This document shows, piece after piece, positions 1-9,794 of a stretch of DNA of 37,506 nt (position 1 is its first letter; each line of letters starts with the position of its first letter). The position numbers were made by a program, and so were the translations under genes. This stretch comes from a virus. Its lineage: Duplodnaviria; Heunggongvirae; Uroviricota; Caudoviricetes. The stretch is from the IMG/VR virus record IMGVR_UViG_2718218098_000004; one strand, written 5' to 3'. The notes below the pieces were generated by a model. The model was not told the origin of the DNA, made no database searches, and was given only the letters and a program-made list of their open reading frames with translations.

Positions 1-2157
1 TTACAGCGTTGGGAAGTTTGTTGATAATGGTACTATTGCATATTCAATTTTTGTTGGTGGCTGATTTGCCGCGCTGAATGTTGAAAGGGCCTCAAGCACA
101 ATATACCCACTTCCATTGTATCCGGCTTTAAAGCAACTTTGCAGGTTTGCAATGGAAGTATCTCCTGGGTTTAAACGCTGGTCAATAGGGGGTTTAAGGT
201 CAGTTGCGTCGGCTCTTGCTGTTGCGTCATGCGCACCAGAAGACATGATATATGTAGCATAATTATTTTTTACACCTCCAGTCACTTTTATGTGGAGAAG
301 GTAAAGAGTGCGATCAGATGTAGAACCAGTCAATATCTGTTTATCAAGAGTAATTCGTACCTTTGAGCCATCAGATAACACAGGTAAAGACTTGCTTAAC
401 ATTGCTACGCCATTAACAGTATTATCATAACCATTTCCGATATAGTTACCTGAACCTACAAAAGCTGAGTTCATTCGCCAGATATCTTCTGCCGTAAATA
501 ACCCTGACGTAATGAAGTTACCTGTCCATACGTTTCTGTTTCTTTCTGGTCTTGCATTAAGCACCATTCCAACACCCCCGGCCATGAAGTTGCCAGATAT
601 AACTGCTCCTGACATATCGGTAGTGTTGATGCATTGGAGTCTTAGGTCTTTGTTAACACCAGGATCAAGAACCATTTGCATGGTATTGCTGTTGATACTA
701 ATTCCGGCACACCACGTGCCATTAAAACCGTTGTTATTGTTGTTTAACGCCTGTGAAGCGATGAAATTAAATATCCTCTGTTCTGAAGGATTTGTAGCAC
801 CTTTATAGTAGAAAACATTTCCTGTAATACTAACAAGAGAAGTTCTAAGGAATATAGCGAAATCGTTAAGCGGGTTTTCCTCAAAATGATAGATATTGTT
901 AGAAATAACTGAACGCCCACCAAGACCGACTCTAGTACTACCATCAAATTGCAATGACATCATTTTATTAGCTGTATTGACAAATCTGTTGGAAGTTATG
1001 TTTATTTCAAGCCCCCCAGTAAATGTATCCATCTCACACGCAGACTCAGCATTCCTGTTCATAAGTAAATTTCCAGAGAAAGCGCCTCCTATCGTCGATC
1101 CTCCGATTTTTATAATATCTGCATTCGGACCGGTCTGCATAAAAACATCAAAGGTGTTATTCGTTATGTGGAACATTGACTTGCGAGGAGTTCCAATGTC
1201 GACGGATGCAGTCGTGTTGCCAAGAATCATCAGATATGGATATACCTCACCCTGTTCACCTGACATTCCTGCATCAGAGATATACTGATCTGTGTTGTCA
1301 TCAGTCTTGCAGTAGTTATTATCAACTGAAATATGTACGCTTGTTGGGTCCTGACAGTTAACCATGATGTAGCCAACACCGCAGTTAAAGCATTGCATAT
1401 CTTTTATCACCACGCGCGTTGGTAAATTCGCCAGCCCATCAGGGTAATCATTGAAAATTACCTGAGGACGCTGGGTGTGGTATGCATTTGCGGTGAACTT
1501 ACCGCCGATAATCTCTACTGATTTTGCGCCAAGCGGATGGAAAATATAATCAATGCCATTGAAGGTAAATTCTCCAGTAGAAGCATCGATAATGATGTCT
1601 CCTGGGATGGTGATGGGGGCTGTTACATCGTACACACCTGATGCTACAACTCTCGTTTTGTTTGCAACCGCATAATTTACAGCTGCCTGTAATTTTTCTG
1701 ACGCATTACTTCCGGGGAATACCTCGGGGACAACCCATTTGATGGCATCCTGTACCGTGCCATATGGCATAATCCCAACAAGACCAGCGCCGTCTTGATT
1801 AGAAAGCCTAATCTCAAATTGATCAGGGTCGTACTTCAGCACATTAGGGAAATAGAACTGCTGTGATCCATATGCATCGTACACAGACATAGAATGACCT
1901 TGCACAGTTACAAACTTGGCAATCTGTCCGTTATATACCGGATATCCAGCAGCATTAATGATGATTGGTTGCGAAACAGGAACGTGAGAGCCATCTTCGT
2001 TCTCTACATAAACCTGAATCTGGTTTTCTGGATTTACGGGGTCCGTGTCAATTTTACCGATATAAATTTTGCCATTGGCAACCGCTTTAAAAGAACGCGC
2101 CATAGTGAAAAGTTGCGAAGGCATCGATACGATCACATTGGCTGTAATGTCTGTCAT
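1..2157 (-). CDS. Tailspike protein (P22 gene 9 family): conserved N-terminal head-binding domain fused to a divergent receptor-binding body
   Basis: First ~110 aa (MTDITANV...YDPDQF) match the head-binding domain shared by P22/Sf6/HK620 tailspikes as recalled; remainder differs from the P22 and HK620 bodies; GGAG upstream of ATG at 2155-2157. Confidence 0.9.
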   Translation of the reverse strand: MTDITANVIVSMPSQLFTMARSFKAVANGKIYIGKIDTDPVNPENQIQVYVENEDGSHVPVSQPIIINAAGYPVYNGQIAKFVTVQGHSMSVYDAYGSQQFYFPNVLKYDPDQFEIRLSNQDGAGLVGIMPYGTVQDAIKWVVPEVFPGSNASEKLQAAVNYAVANKTRVVASGVYDVTAPITIPGDIIIDASTGEFTFNGIDYIFHPLGAKSVEIIGGKFTANAYHTQRPQVIFNDYPDGLANLPTRVVIKDMQCFNCGVGYIMVNCQDPTSVHISVDNNYCKTDDNTDQYISDAGMSGEQGEVYPYLMILGNTTASVDIGTPRKSMFHITNNTFDVFMQTGPNADIIKIGGSTIGGAFSGNLLMNRNAESACEMDTFTGGLEINITSNRFVNTANKMMSLQFDGSTRVGLGGRSVISNNIYHFEENPLNDFAIFLRTSLVSITGNVFYYKGATNPSEQRIFNFIASQALNNNNNGFNGTWCAGISINSNTMQMVLDPGVNKDLRLQCINTTDMSGAVISGNFMAGGVGMVLNARPERNRNVWTGNFITSGLFTAEDIWRMNSAFVGSGNYIGNGYDNTVNGVAMLSKSLPVLSDGSKVRITLDKQILTGSTSDRTLYLLHIKVTGGVKNNYATYIMSSGAHDATARADATDLKPPIDQRLNPGDTSIANLQSCFKAGYNGSGYIVLEALSTFSAANQPPTKIEYAIVPLSTNFPTL

Positions 2158-2216
2158 TTAATTTGCTCCAGATACAAGGAATCGCCGCAGCGTGGCTACG
2201 GTTGGTGTTTGTTGCA

Positions 2217-2229
2217 TACCGAAACGGTA
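2217..2229. promoter_or_regulatory. Inverted repeat TACCG-AAA-CGGTA in the mnt-tailspike intergenic region; candidate operator for the Mnt-like repressor
   Basis: 5-bp arms read directly; sits just upstream of a possible mnt promoter (TTGTTG-17-TACGAT, 2233-2261). Confidence 0.35.
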
Positions 2230-2292
2230 CGATTGTTGATTTGTACAGTAGGTTTTACGATGCCATTCCACCCAACTGGTGAGGCATCAAGG

Positions 2293-2553
2293 ATGTACAG
2301 CAAATACGACGAGGCGCAGTTTCACTTGAGACTTCCGCATGAACTTCACGCGAAAATTAAGCAGCGTGCGAAGATGAATAACAGGTCGCTGAACTCAGAG
2401 ATAATTGCAGCGATTGAAGAATCATTGGATAAACAAAGCTCTGCATCAGTTTACATTGACGATGCAGAGCGTATGGCAGAACAACAATCTGATATGGTTA
2501 AGAAAATTGTCTTTGATACGCTCAAGGAGCTATATAAAAAAGACAGCAGCTAA
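2293..2553 (+). CDS. mnt: Mnt-like ribbon-helix-helix repressor (86 aa)
   Basis: C-terminal segment NDAERMAEQQSDMVKKIVFDTLKELYKK closely resembles P22 Mnt; N-terminal beta-strand region FHLRLP is RHH-like but diverged; only the last 86 codons of track ORF 1894-2553 are used because the upstream part overlaps the tailspike gene. Confidence 0.75.
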   Translation: MYSKYDEAQFHLRLPHELHAKIKQRAKMNNRSLNSEIIAAIEESLDKQSSASVYIDDAERMAEQQSDMVKKIVFDTLKELYKKDSS

Positions 2554-2573
2554 CCATCAGTTACGGAGGATTT

Positions 2574-2651
2574 ATGCAAAGAGATATGCTGAACATTGCG
2601 TTCTACATATTTGGTTTTTGGACGTTCCTGGTGTTTGCGAAGCTATTCTGA
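2574..2651 (+). CDS. Candidate 25-aa hydrophobic peptide MQRDMLNIAFYIFGFWTFLVFAKLF directly downstream of mnt
   Basis: GGAGG 3 nt before ATG at 2574; one predicted transmembrane helix; overlaps the 3' end of the convergent ejection-protein gene by 9 nt; below the 60-aa track cutoff. Confidence 0.3.
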   Translation: MQRDMLNIAFYIFGFWTFLVFAKLF

Positions 2652-5036
2652 CAACGCATCAGACTTGGCACCCTGAGTAAGGGCGTTAATGGCCTTTTGC
2701 GCCTGCTGCATGGCTTTCTCAAACGCTGTTGATCCGCGTGGGGTGTTTGCCATTCGGAGCATTGCATTTCTGAATGGCTCGCTCTCATAGGCGCGAGTAA
2801 GAAGTCCGTAGCTTACTGCTGCGCCAGTTGTCGCCGGGTTCATTGCCGTCCCATATCCGATAATGAACGGGATGGTTTGCTGCCCTGTTGGTGTTGTTAC
2901 TGCCGCTTTTGCTGCCTGCTGAGTGGACTGAAGGTAGTTTTTCAATCCTTTCAGATAAGCGGCTTCCTGACCTTTAAATGTGATGCCAGTCTGGTTTTGC
3001 AGGATGTTAAGCTGTCGAAGGAACTGGTCAGGTGAACCACCTGATTTCTCTATCGCCTTTCCAATGATGCCATTGCGCATTTGCGCTCTTCCAACGCGAC
3101 CAACTGAGTTATACAGCGTCTTAATTTCCGATTTGTTCTTGCTGAATAGCATGTTGTTGACAACTTCCGGCGTCAGGTCGCCTTTCATGAGAACATTCTT
3201 CAGCCTGGTATTCTTTAGTTTCGCCGCTTCGTCAGCGTATACGGCATTGGCCTGCTGATATTTACGGAGAGTATCGTTGCCAAGATTCTGACCAATGGCA
3301 CCATTGATATCGTCTGTCATCGCCTTGTAAACGCGCTGAATGGCAGCATCGGAACGGTTTGGTAACACTGGTCGTTCACCCTTCACGTCCATTCTGAACT
3401 GGCTGCGCAGATCGCTTAATTGCTTCAAATCCAGATTTACCGGACCATCAGGACCAGCATTGCGAACAAGCTCATCACGATATGACTGAAGTTTTGAAAT
3501 AGTCTCGTTATCAGCAACCTTACCAAGCTTCTGCAGGTTAGATATTTCTGTATCAATCTGCTGAATTGCTCGCGCAGGCTGAATGTTTACTCCAGCCATA
3601 GCATTCTGAACCTGCTCCAGTCGATTACCGGCGGCACGACGAATTCCTGATGTTTTCGCTTTAAGGCTGTCAATAACAACAGATGGATCATACTCACCGA
3701 ATTTATCAGCAAATCTCTGCACCAACTGGCTTCTCGCTTCCTGTTGCGTTGCTCTCATCCCGCTTGTGCCAGCCAGGGGGATATTTTCCGCTGTCGTCTG
3801 CGCCATTTTCCCGACGCGGGAAGTAGGCTGTAACAGGTCTGTGGTGTGCAGAGGAACTCCTTCACGCTCTGCAAATCTGATAGCCTGCTGCGCTTCTGGC
3901 GCAATAGCACCACGAACGCCACGATAAGCAGCACCTAATCCACGTCCGGCAGCGTTAATAGCACCGCCAGCCAGCACACCAACGCCTAAATCGGTAGCGA
4001 GTGCTTCCGCATCATCTTTCATACTGTTTGCAGCAAGTGATCCAACTGCGTTTTCTGCGAGAAGGCGAGTTGCCCCCTGAGCAATTCGACCAGCAAGTGT
4101 TGGTGCCTGTGTTGCCGCTCTCTCAACGCCAGCAGGAGTGAGGTAAGGCAATGCTTCAGCAAATACCCTCCCCTCTGTCGTTTGTGGAGTCAGCGCGCCT
4201 TGCTGAAGGCCAAAGTCCTGCTCTAATCCCTGCGTTGTTACTCGTGGTGCTGGTTGATATGTACCATCGCCAATGCCGAGTTTACCGCCAGCCCAAGCCG
4301 CCGCGCTTGTTACAGCATCAGTGAGTTCAGCAGGTATGTTCGCTACGTTGATTCCTGCCTGTAGTAAGCCGCGCCCGGTTTCAGCAAGTCCATTACCAAG
4401 GTCAGACATTATTCCGCCTTGCTGCTGAACAGGTTTCGGTGCGACAGAACTTACGGGTTGAGGTGGCTGCTGACTGGCTGCCTGCTGCTCAATCTGAGCA
4501 AATGGATTATTTGGGTCTGACTGCACGCCTGATGCCGATACTTGTTCGGATGACTGTGCTTCCAGTTGTGCAAACGGGTTGTTAGGGTCTTGCTGAGGAT
4601 GTACCTTTGCAGAGGTGGCGCGCTGTTCGACTGTTGAGTCTGTCACCGGGTCACCCGCCCATTGAGCAAAGCGATCATCAACGTAACCGCGGCCTTCAGG
4701 TCCTGGCGTATATTCACCACGCTTTGCCTTCATAACGTTGCCGGGACCGTCGTGATAAGCCTGAAGAGCGTCACGCCAGTTACCAAACTGCTGGTACATC
4801 TTTGCCAGATAGCGCGCGCCAGCGTCAGCCTGATATTCGGGGTTTTGCATTTGCTCATCGGTATAACCCATATCACGCCATGTCCCAGGCATGACCTGAG
4901 TCAATCCTACAGCCCCGGCGGAGCTTACTGCGGCAGGGTTGTAAGAAGACTCCTTGGCACCCAGTGCAGTCATCAACCCTTCTGGCACACCGTAACGTGC
5001 GCCAGCCTGCTCTAACAAATCACGGTAATTAGCCAT
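2643..5036 (-). CDS. Ejection/DNA-transfer protein at the P22 gp16 position, with an N-terminal lytic transglycosylase (SLT) domain
   Basis: Position after the gp20-like gene; N-terminus carries SLT-like motifs (AKESSYNP, GLTQVMPGTW, AGARYL); internal duplicated DPNNPFAQ(L/I)E motif. Confidence 0.8.
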   Translation of the reverse strand: MANYRDLLEQAGARYGVPEGLMTALGAKESSYNPAAVSSAGAVGLTQVMPGTWRDMGYTDEQMQNPEYQADAGARYLAKMYQQFGNWRDALQAYHDGPGNVMKAKRGEYTPGPEGRGYVDDRFAQWAGDPVTDSTVEQRATSAKVHPQQDPNNPFAQLEAQSSEQVSASGVQSDPNNPFAQIEQQAASQQPPQPVSSVAPKPVQQQGGIMSDLGNGLAETGRGLLQAGINVANIPAELTDAVTSAAAWAGGKLGIGDGTYQPAPRVTTQGLEQDFGLQQGALTPQTTEGRVFAEALPYLTPAGVERAATQAPTLAGRIAQGATRLLAENAVGSLAANSMKDDAEALATDLGVGVLAGGAINAAGRGLGAAYRGVRGAIAPEAQQAIRFAEREGVPLHTTDLLQPTSRVGKMAQTTAENIPLAGTSGMRATQQEARSQLVQRFADKFGEYDPSVVIDSLKAKTSGIRRAAGNRLEQVQNAMAGVNIQPARAIQQIDTEISNLQKLGKVADNETISKLQSYRDELVRNAGPDGPVNLDLKQLSDLRSQFRMDVKGERPVLPNRSDAAIQRVYKAMTDDINGAIGQNLGNDTLRKYQQANAVYADEAAKLKNTRLKNVLMKGDLTPEVVNNMLFSKNKSEIKTLYNSVGRVGRAQMRNGIIGKAIEKSGGSPDQFLRQLNILQNQTGITFKGQEAAYLKGLKNYLQSTQQAAKAAVTTPTGQQTIPFIIGYGTAMNPATTGAAVSYGLLTRAYESEPFRNAMLRMANTPRGSTAFEKAMQQAQKAINALTQGAKSDALSE
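4490..4600. repeat. Imperfect tandem duplication inside the gp16-like gene (period about 72 nt)
   Basis: gcaaatggattatttgggtc at 4498-4517 and gcaaacgggttgttagggtc at 4570-4589, encoding the repeated DPNNPFAQ peptide. Confidence 0.5.
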
Positions 5037-6368
5037 TTACTGCCCCAAAGATGGAAGATATCCGTAGCGATTAATGAAGTCGATTGACAGCTCGGGGTGC
5101 TGCTTCAGGTAATCTATAGAAGCCTGAGGCGCTTCCACTCGCTTGATACCGTTTTGCTGAACGTACTTACCAACCGCCTCATTACGCTTCTGGTTGAGCG
5201 TGTTCAGGATGACGCCAGCGTTGCGACGAAAGGACTCCTCGCTCTGCGAGTTCTGCAGCGAACCAACAGCCTGGTCGAGCTTTTTGCCCTCGGCATCAGA
5301 AAGTGCGCCCATGCCTCGCATGGCCTGAACCGCTGTCAGGTATGCTTGTGATTTAAAGGTATCAAGTCGTGCCTGAGTGTCTGCAGCCTGTGAGCCTGGA
5401 ACGTTGGGGATTACTCCACGTAAGCCTGTAATGCTCTTAAGTGAAGGAGAACTAACGATATCGTTCAGAGTGAACATGCTGGTTGTGAGGGTGTTGATGC
5501 CGTCTTTGTAGCCATCATTTAGCGCTTGCTGCTTCTGCTGCAACTGCTGGTTGTTGGCTGCTATGCGGCTCTGTATTTCCTGGCGCTTCAGGTCGTTAGT
5601 TTCTGCTGATAGCATCCGGTCAAGGCGCTTATTTTCGTTGTTAATGCGGTTTGTTTCTGCGTCCAGATTAATGCGCTGCTGACCTAAATTCGCCTGGATA
5701 TCTTGTCCGCGCATTGTGATTGCCTGATTCCGAGCGGCGGTTTGCGAATCCAGATCCTGACCGCGCATGGTAACCTGGCGACCCTGCATTTTATCCTGTA
5801 GGTCAAAGTATTTTTCTGGCCCGAGACTGTTCATCCCCAGGTGATCGACAAATTCGCCGAACTGCCGCGGGTTCTGTTGGTACATCTGAGCGACGTCATG
5901 AGGATTAACGCCAACACGAGCTAACTCACCGGCGTTGTTTTGCAGCCATGATTGCATTGCTTCTGGAGACGATGACGCAAGGCGTGCGCCAGCCGCTAAG
6001 GTGCCGATAGAATTACGCTGCTCTTCATCGATGAATCCCATGCCTTTACGAACGGATTCAATCTGGTCTGGATATTGAGTAGCCAACTGACGCAAAGCTC
6101 CGCGATCACCAGAAGCATAAGCATTAGCGTATGCCTGCTGAAATTCTTTCTGCCGCTGAGCCTGCTTTTCCTGCTGAAACACCCCCGCAATACCTGAAAG
6201 GCCTTGCAAAGCAGTCAGCCCAACATTGTTAGCGCCTGAACGCTCAATATCATTGTTCTGCCTGATAAGCTGAAGCGTATTGCCGATGTCATTTACGCTC
6301 GGAGCGTTTGAGTTGACGCCGCCGATACCAGCCAACAATCCGCCGTTTGTTCCTTGCCAAGTAGCCAT
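5037..6368 (-). CDS. Ejection protein, P22 gp20-like
   Basis: Size (443 aa) and position between the gp7-like and gp16-like genes; N-terminus MATWQGTNGGLLAGIGG resembles P22 gp20 as recalled. Confidence 0.75.
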   Translation of the reverse strand: MATWQGTNGGLLAGIGGVNSNAPSVNDIGNTLQLIRQNNDIERSGANNVGLTALQGLSGIAGVFQQEKQAQRQKEFQQAYANAYASGDRGALRQLATQYPDQIESVRKGMGFIDEEQRNSIGTLAAGARLASSSPEAMQSWLQNNAGELARVGVNPHDVAQMYQQNPRQFGEFVDHLGMNSLGPEKYFDLQDKMQGRQVTMRGQDLDSQTAARNQAITMRGQDIQANLGQQRINLDAETNRINNENKRLDRMLSAETNDLKRQEIQSRIAANNQQLQQKQQALNDGYKDGINTLTTSMFTLNDIVSSPSLKSITGLRGVIPNVPGSQAADTQARLDTFKSQAYLTAVQAMRGMGALSDAEGKKLDQAVGSLQNSQSEESFRRNAGVILNTLNQKRNEAVGKYVQQNGIKRVEAPQASIDYLKQHPELSIDFINRYGYLPSLGQ

Positions 6369-6377
6369 GATTACCCC

Positions 6378-7070
6378 TTAAAACAACGAGCCAAGCAATC
6401 CGATACCAGCACCAATGCCAGCGCCCCAAGGCGTTGATGTTCCCAAAAGGCTGGCAAGACCTGCACCGGCAATCGCACCGGACGTTCCGCCGCTAATTGC
6501 TGTCTGAAGACTTGATGGTTTGTTGGCATTAGCAGCGGCAAGAGCTGCGCTTTGCTGTGCAATGCTGCTCATGTTGTTGGCGTACGTCTGCCCGGCGTTT
6601 GCCTGACCTTGCAGAGCACCAAGCCCAACGTTTGCCAGATTGTTGTAATTGCTCATCTGGTTTGATAACCAAGACTGACCGAGAGTCGGCGCGATCGTAG
6701 CCAGTTGATTGCTTGTGGCTGTCGAACCAAGTCCTCCCGTAGCCTCCGCAGCAGCAAGACTCTGGTAACGAGCCTGACCTGCAAGGTCTTTATACTGCTG
6801 AGAGTTGTAATACTGATTAAGTGCCTGCCCCTGACCTTCTAAACTGGAAAGGTTCTGAAGCTGGTTAACATACTGCTCCGCAAGCGGCGTGAACGGAGCA
6901 AGGTTTTTCATGATCGTCTGCCACTGCTGATTTTGCAGGTCTGCGGCATACTTCTGGGCTTCTGCTGCATACTTTGCGCTTTTATCAGAGCTACCACCTT
7001 TCCCGCCTTTTTCATGGCACCAAGGTTCCTCGCCGCGCAGTTTTCTGCCCAGCTTAAATGCATATAACAT
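6378..7070 (-). CDS. Ejection protein, P22 gp7-like
   Basis: 230 aa; N-terminus MLYAFKLGRKLRGEEP...EKGGKGGSS resembles P22 gp7; Gly/Ala-rich C-terminus. Confidence 0.75.
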   Translation of the reverse strand: MLYAFKLGRKLRGEEPWCHEKGGKGGSSDKSAKYAAEAQKYAADLQNQQWQTIMKNLAPFTPLAEQYVNQLQNLSSLEGQGQALNQYYNSQQYKDLAGQARYQSLAAAEATGGLGSTATSNQLATIAPTLGQSWLSNQMSNYNNLANVGLGALQGQANAGQTYANNMSSIAQQSAALAAANANKPSSLQTAISGGTSGAIAGAGLASLLGTSTPWGAGIGAGIGLLGSLF

Positions 7071-7072
7071 GG

Positions 7073-7531
7073 CTATCTCCCGTGATTCAGGAAGTCGATT
7101 AGTTCTTCGCGTGTGGCGCTGTAAAAAGTCACGTCATCCACGCCTTTAAAGTATTTCTTGATGGTTCCGACACGCTTAAGGCCAATCATTGCGCAGTAAA
7201 TCTGCCCGTGGCGGAATTTGCGTGCGGCGAACGATGTGACGCACTGAACGGTGGTGTTAGTCAGAATGTATCGCCAGAACGCCAGCCCGATTTCCTTGCT
7301 GAAGCCGCGAATCTCTGGCAGGTACATGGCGTGGCAATCGAATGTCAGCGGCTGAATCTCCTGATAGTAAACAATGCCGCCAAACTGACCGTGCACGTTA
7401 ACCTCAAAGTAACGGCATTCAGGCTTGTAGTCGTATCCATCACCGTTGTTGCTCCCGGCAATAATGTCAGGGTGATTTCCGACTGCTTCGATCAGGTCGA
7501 TGTTTCGCGTTGGTTTGAACTGAATCATCAC
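7073..7531 (-). CDS. P22 gp14-like morphogenesis protein
   Basis: 152 aa, syntenic between the tail-needle and gp7-like genes; ATGA overlap with the upstream gene. Confidence 0.65.
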   Translation of the reverse strand: MMIQFKPTRNIDLIEAVGNHPDIIAGSNNGDGYDYKPECRYFEVNVHGQFGGIVYYQEIQPLTFDCHAMYLPEIRGFSKEIGLAFWRYILTNTTVQCVTSFAARKFRHGQIYCAMIGLKRVGTIKKYFKGVDDVTFYSATREELIDFLNHGR

Positions 7532-8376
7532 TGCTCCGCGATTATCTTGATGGTTGTGGCAGTAAACGCCGCCCCATTTGACTGAATGGTTAACGTACTG
7601 CCATTTGTGGCAAGAAAGCCGTCTTTATCCACGCTGAAGAACGTAGCTAACAGGATGTTATCGGTTGTTGTAGCCGAGTTACGACTGCTTACCAGTGTGT
7701 CAGGAACAGAGCCGGAAAAGGTTAGCTGCATTGATCTGTTGGCGGTTCCGCTGGGCCACGTCCCGACGATCGACAGCTTGAAGAACAAGGTTTTGTTCTC
7801 GTTGAACACAACCATCTTGTTGTTAACGGTGTCGAAGAATGGTGCCAACGAGCCTGATGACGGCGTGAGCGTTTTCAGTAGGCTAACAAGGTTGGTCGGC
7901 GCTGTCGGGATGGTTACAGATACACCAGAGTAAACAACCTCTGACTTCTTGCGTGTGGTTGCATACTCCAGAGCATCAATGCGCGTTTCATGGTCTGAAA
8001 CCTGCGACTCCAGCGCCTGAACTCTGGTATCAAGCGACGCAATATCGCTTTCATTCTGAGTGATTCGTGTTTCATGTTCCTGAAGAGTTGATTCTGCCTG
8101 GCTGATTCGCTCCTCATGATTAACAAGCGTTGCTTCCGCAACAGAAATTCGCTGCTCATGGTCAGCGAGAATCACATCCTGCTCATCGTTCCTGACTTGT
8201 GCGTCATAAGCGCCCTGTCCGGCCTCGTTGGCCTTGTTCGCCACGTTACCAACATCAGTACCCTGTGCGATAACGTACAGCAGATATGACTGCGAGAAGA
8301 TATTGCGTGGAAGAACTGATGTATCGAGCCGCGTAGCCTGGACGATTACCGGCACATTGAGATTCGAATCAGCCAT
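7528..8376 (-). CDS. Tail needle protein (P22 gp26 family) with an extended C-terminal knob-like domain
   Basis: N-terminus [43 protein letters not shown] matches gp26; central heptad-like HE(E/T)RI repeats; 282 aa versus about 233 in P22. Confidence 0.85.
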   Translation of the reverse strand: MADSNLNVPVIVQATRLDTSVLPRNIFSQSYLLYVIAQGTDVGNVANKANEAGQGAYDAQVRNDEQDVILADHEQRISVAEATLVNHEERISQAESTLQEHETRITQNESDIASLDTRVQALESQVSDHETRIDALEYATTRKKSEVVYSGVSVTIPTAPTNLVSLLKTLTPSSGSLAPFFDTVNNKMVVFNENKTLFFKLSIVGTWPSGTANRSMQLTFSGSVPDTLVSSRNSATTTDNILLATFFSVDKDGFLATNGSTLTIQSNGAAFTATTIKIIAEQ

Positions 8377-9794
8377 TACTCAATCCTTATCTGGCAGCCA
8401 GAAAGAGTGACAGGTGACTTCGTGATAACGCGCAATTTGAAGCCAACATTTTTCCTGATGCGCCCTACTCGCTTCCATAAAACACGTTTGTCGTAAACGA
8501 ACGGTTCATTCTGCTCAATCATCTGCTCACGCCCGTAATTGATGCCGTCAGTGGTTGCAGAGAGGAACAGGCGGTCGGCGTACTGAGCTACGCCAGTGGA
8601 TGATTCCACCTCCAGATCGAAGCATCTGGCGTTATCCGCTTTGAACAACGGAGTAAACAGAAGGTGTTCCTGTTGCTTGTCGTACTGGCTGCTGATGTCG
8701 AACTGCAATTTCCCGGTCACCGATTCCAGCTTATCGCCGCACGTTATCTGATTGCCTTCGTAAATGAAGTCGATAGCGCGGTACACATCGTCATACAGGC
8801 CTGTTTTCAACACACACCATTGCGGACCATTAGAGCTTGAAGATGCATCGTATACGAGGACATGGCGCGGAAGATGGATAATCAGCAACTCATGCGCATC
8901 AAAGCGCAGCGATTCCATCACACCATCAGCCAGTTCATCAGCAGTGTAGGAGCGTAGTATTTTCTCAATGCTCGCGCTGGCGATTGGTGATACCTGACCG
9001 GAGCCGATGATGTATACAGACGGCGCACCCGTTGCCGGATTGCTGATGAACGCATACGAATCAGCAAACGGCGTTTTGCAGTAAGTCCCGGCAATGCCTT
9101 TCTGCACCATTAACGATGGCTGGGCGACATACAAAGCGGCACCTACAGTGGTTGCGCCAGTCAGGGAGAAATATTCAATCGTCGATGAACCAAAGCAGAC
9201 GATGAAGTCTCGCCATGTGCCGATGCCGATGATTCCGTCAGGCTGAGACTCGGCACGATATTGTGCGCTGTAGCGGTCAGGGTGCGATTCGTCTTCGAGG
9301 TCAGTGATAAACCATGAATCAGTTCCGTCTTTTGACCACGCATAACGCCCACGTAAGCGCGTAATGTCACGAACAGAACCTAGCTCATACTGCGTAAATC
9401 CACTGTCTGTAGGCCAGTTTGAGACGGTTTTAACCGTGCCATCATAGCGATACTCGACCAGTTGACCATTAACGCCTACCGCCTGTGATGTCCGACCATG
9501 CGCCATTGATACACGACCACTTCCGGCGACGTCACCGACTTCGCTTTCGCCTTTGTAGAGCTTGCCGCCACACACGCGATAAACAGCACTCTGCGCCATG
9601 TTGTACTCGACGCCTCGAGATATACCGTTCACATCAGAACGTTTGGCAATGCCCGGGAATGAGCGAAGATATCCGCTGCTGTTCAGGATTTCTTTGGGTG
9701 TAGCCAACATATTCACTGGCAGATAGTCGATATAGTCGGCGTTTCGAAAGTCTTTGCCGACACCTTTCATAAGCGGAAGTTGCTGAATCGGCAT
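8376..9794 (-). CDS. Tail accessory / head completion protein, P22 gp10-like
   Basis: 472 aa, same length class and position as P22 gp10. Confidence 0.85.
   Translation of the reverse strand: MPIQQLPLMKGVGKDFRNADYIDYLPVNMLATPKEILNSSGYLRSFPGIAKRSDVNGISRGVEYNMAQSAVYRVCGGKLYKGESEVGDVAGSGRVSMAHGRTSQAVGVNGQLVEYRYDGTVKTVSNWPTDSGFTQYELGSVRDITRLRGRYAWSKDGTDSWFITDLEDESHPDRYSAQYRAESQPDGIIGIGTWRDFIVCFGSSTIEYFSLTGATTVGAALYVAQPSLMVQKGIAGTYCKTPFADSYAFISNPATGAPSVYIIGSGQVSPIASASIEKILRSYTADELADGVMESLRFDAHELLIIHLPRHVLVYDASSSSNGPQWCVLKTGLYDDVYRAIDFIYEGNQITCGDKLESVTGKLQFDISSQYDKQQEHLLFTPLFKADNARCFDLEVESSTGVAQYADRLFLSATTDGINYGREQMIEQNEPFVYDKRVLWKRVGRIRKNVGFKLRVITKSPVTLSGCQIRIE

Noticed and set aside
1894-2553. 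Track ORF of 219 aa on the plus strand as one protein
   Set aside because: Its first two-thirds overlap the tailspike gene on the opposite strand and look non-protein-like; only the C-terminal 86 codons from ATG 2293 form the Mnt-like gene
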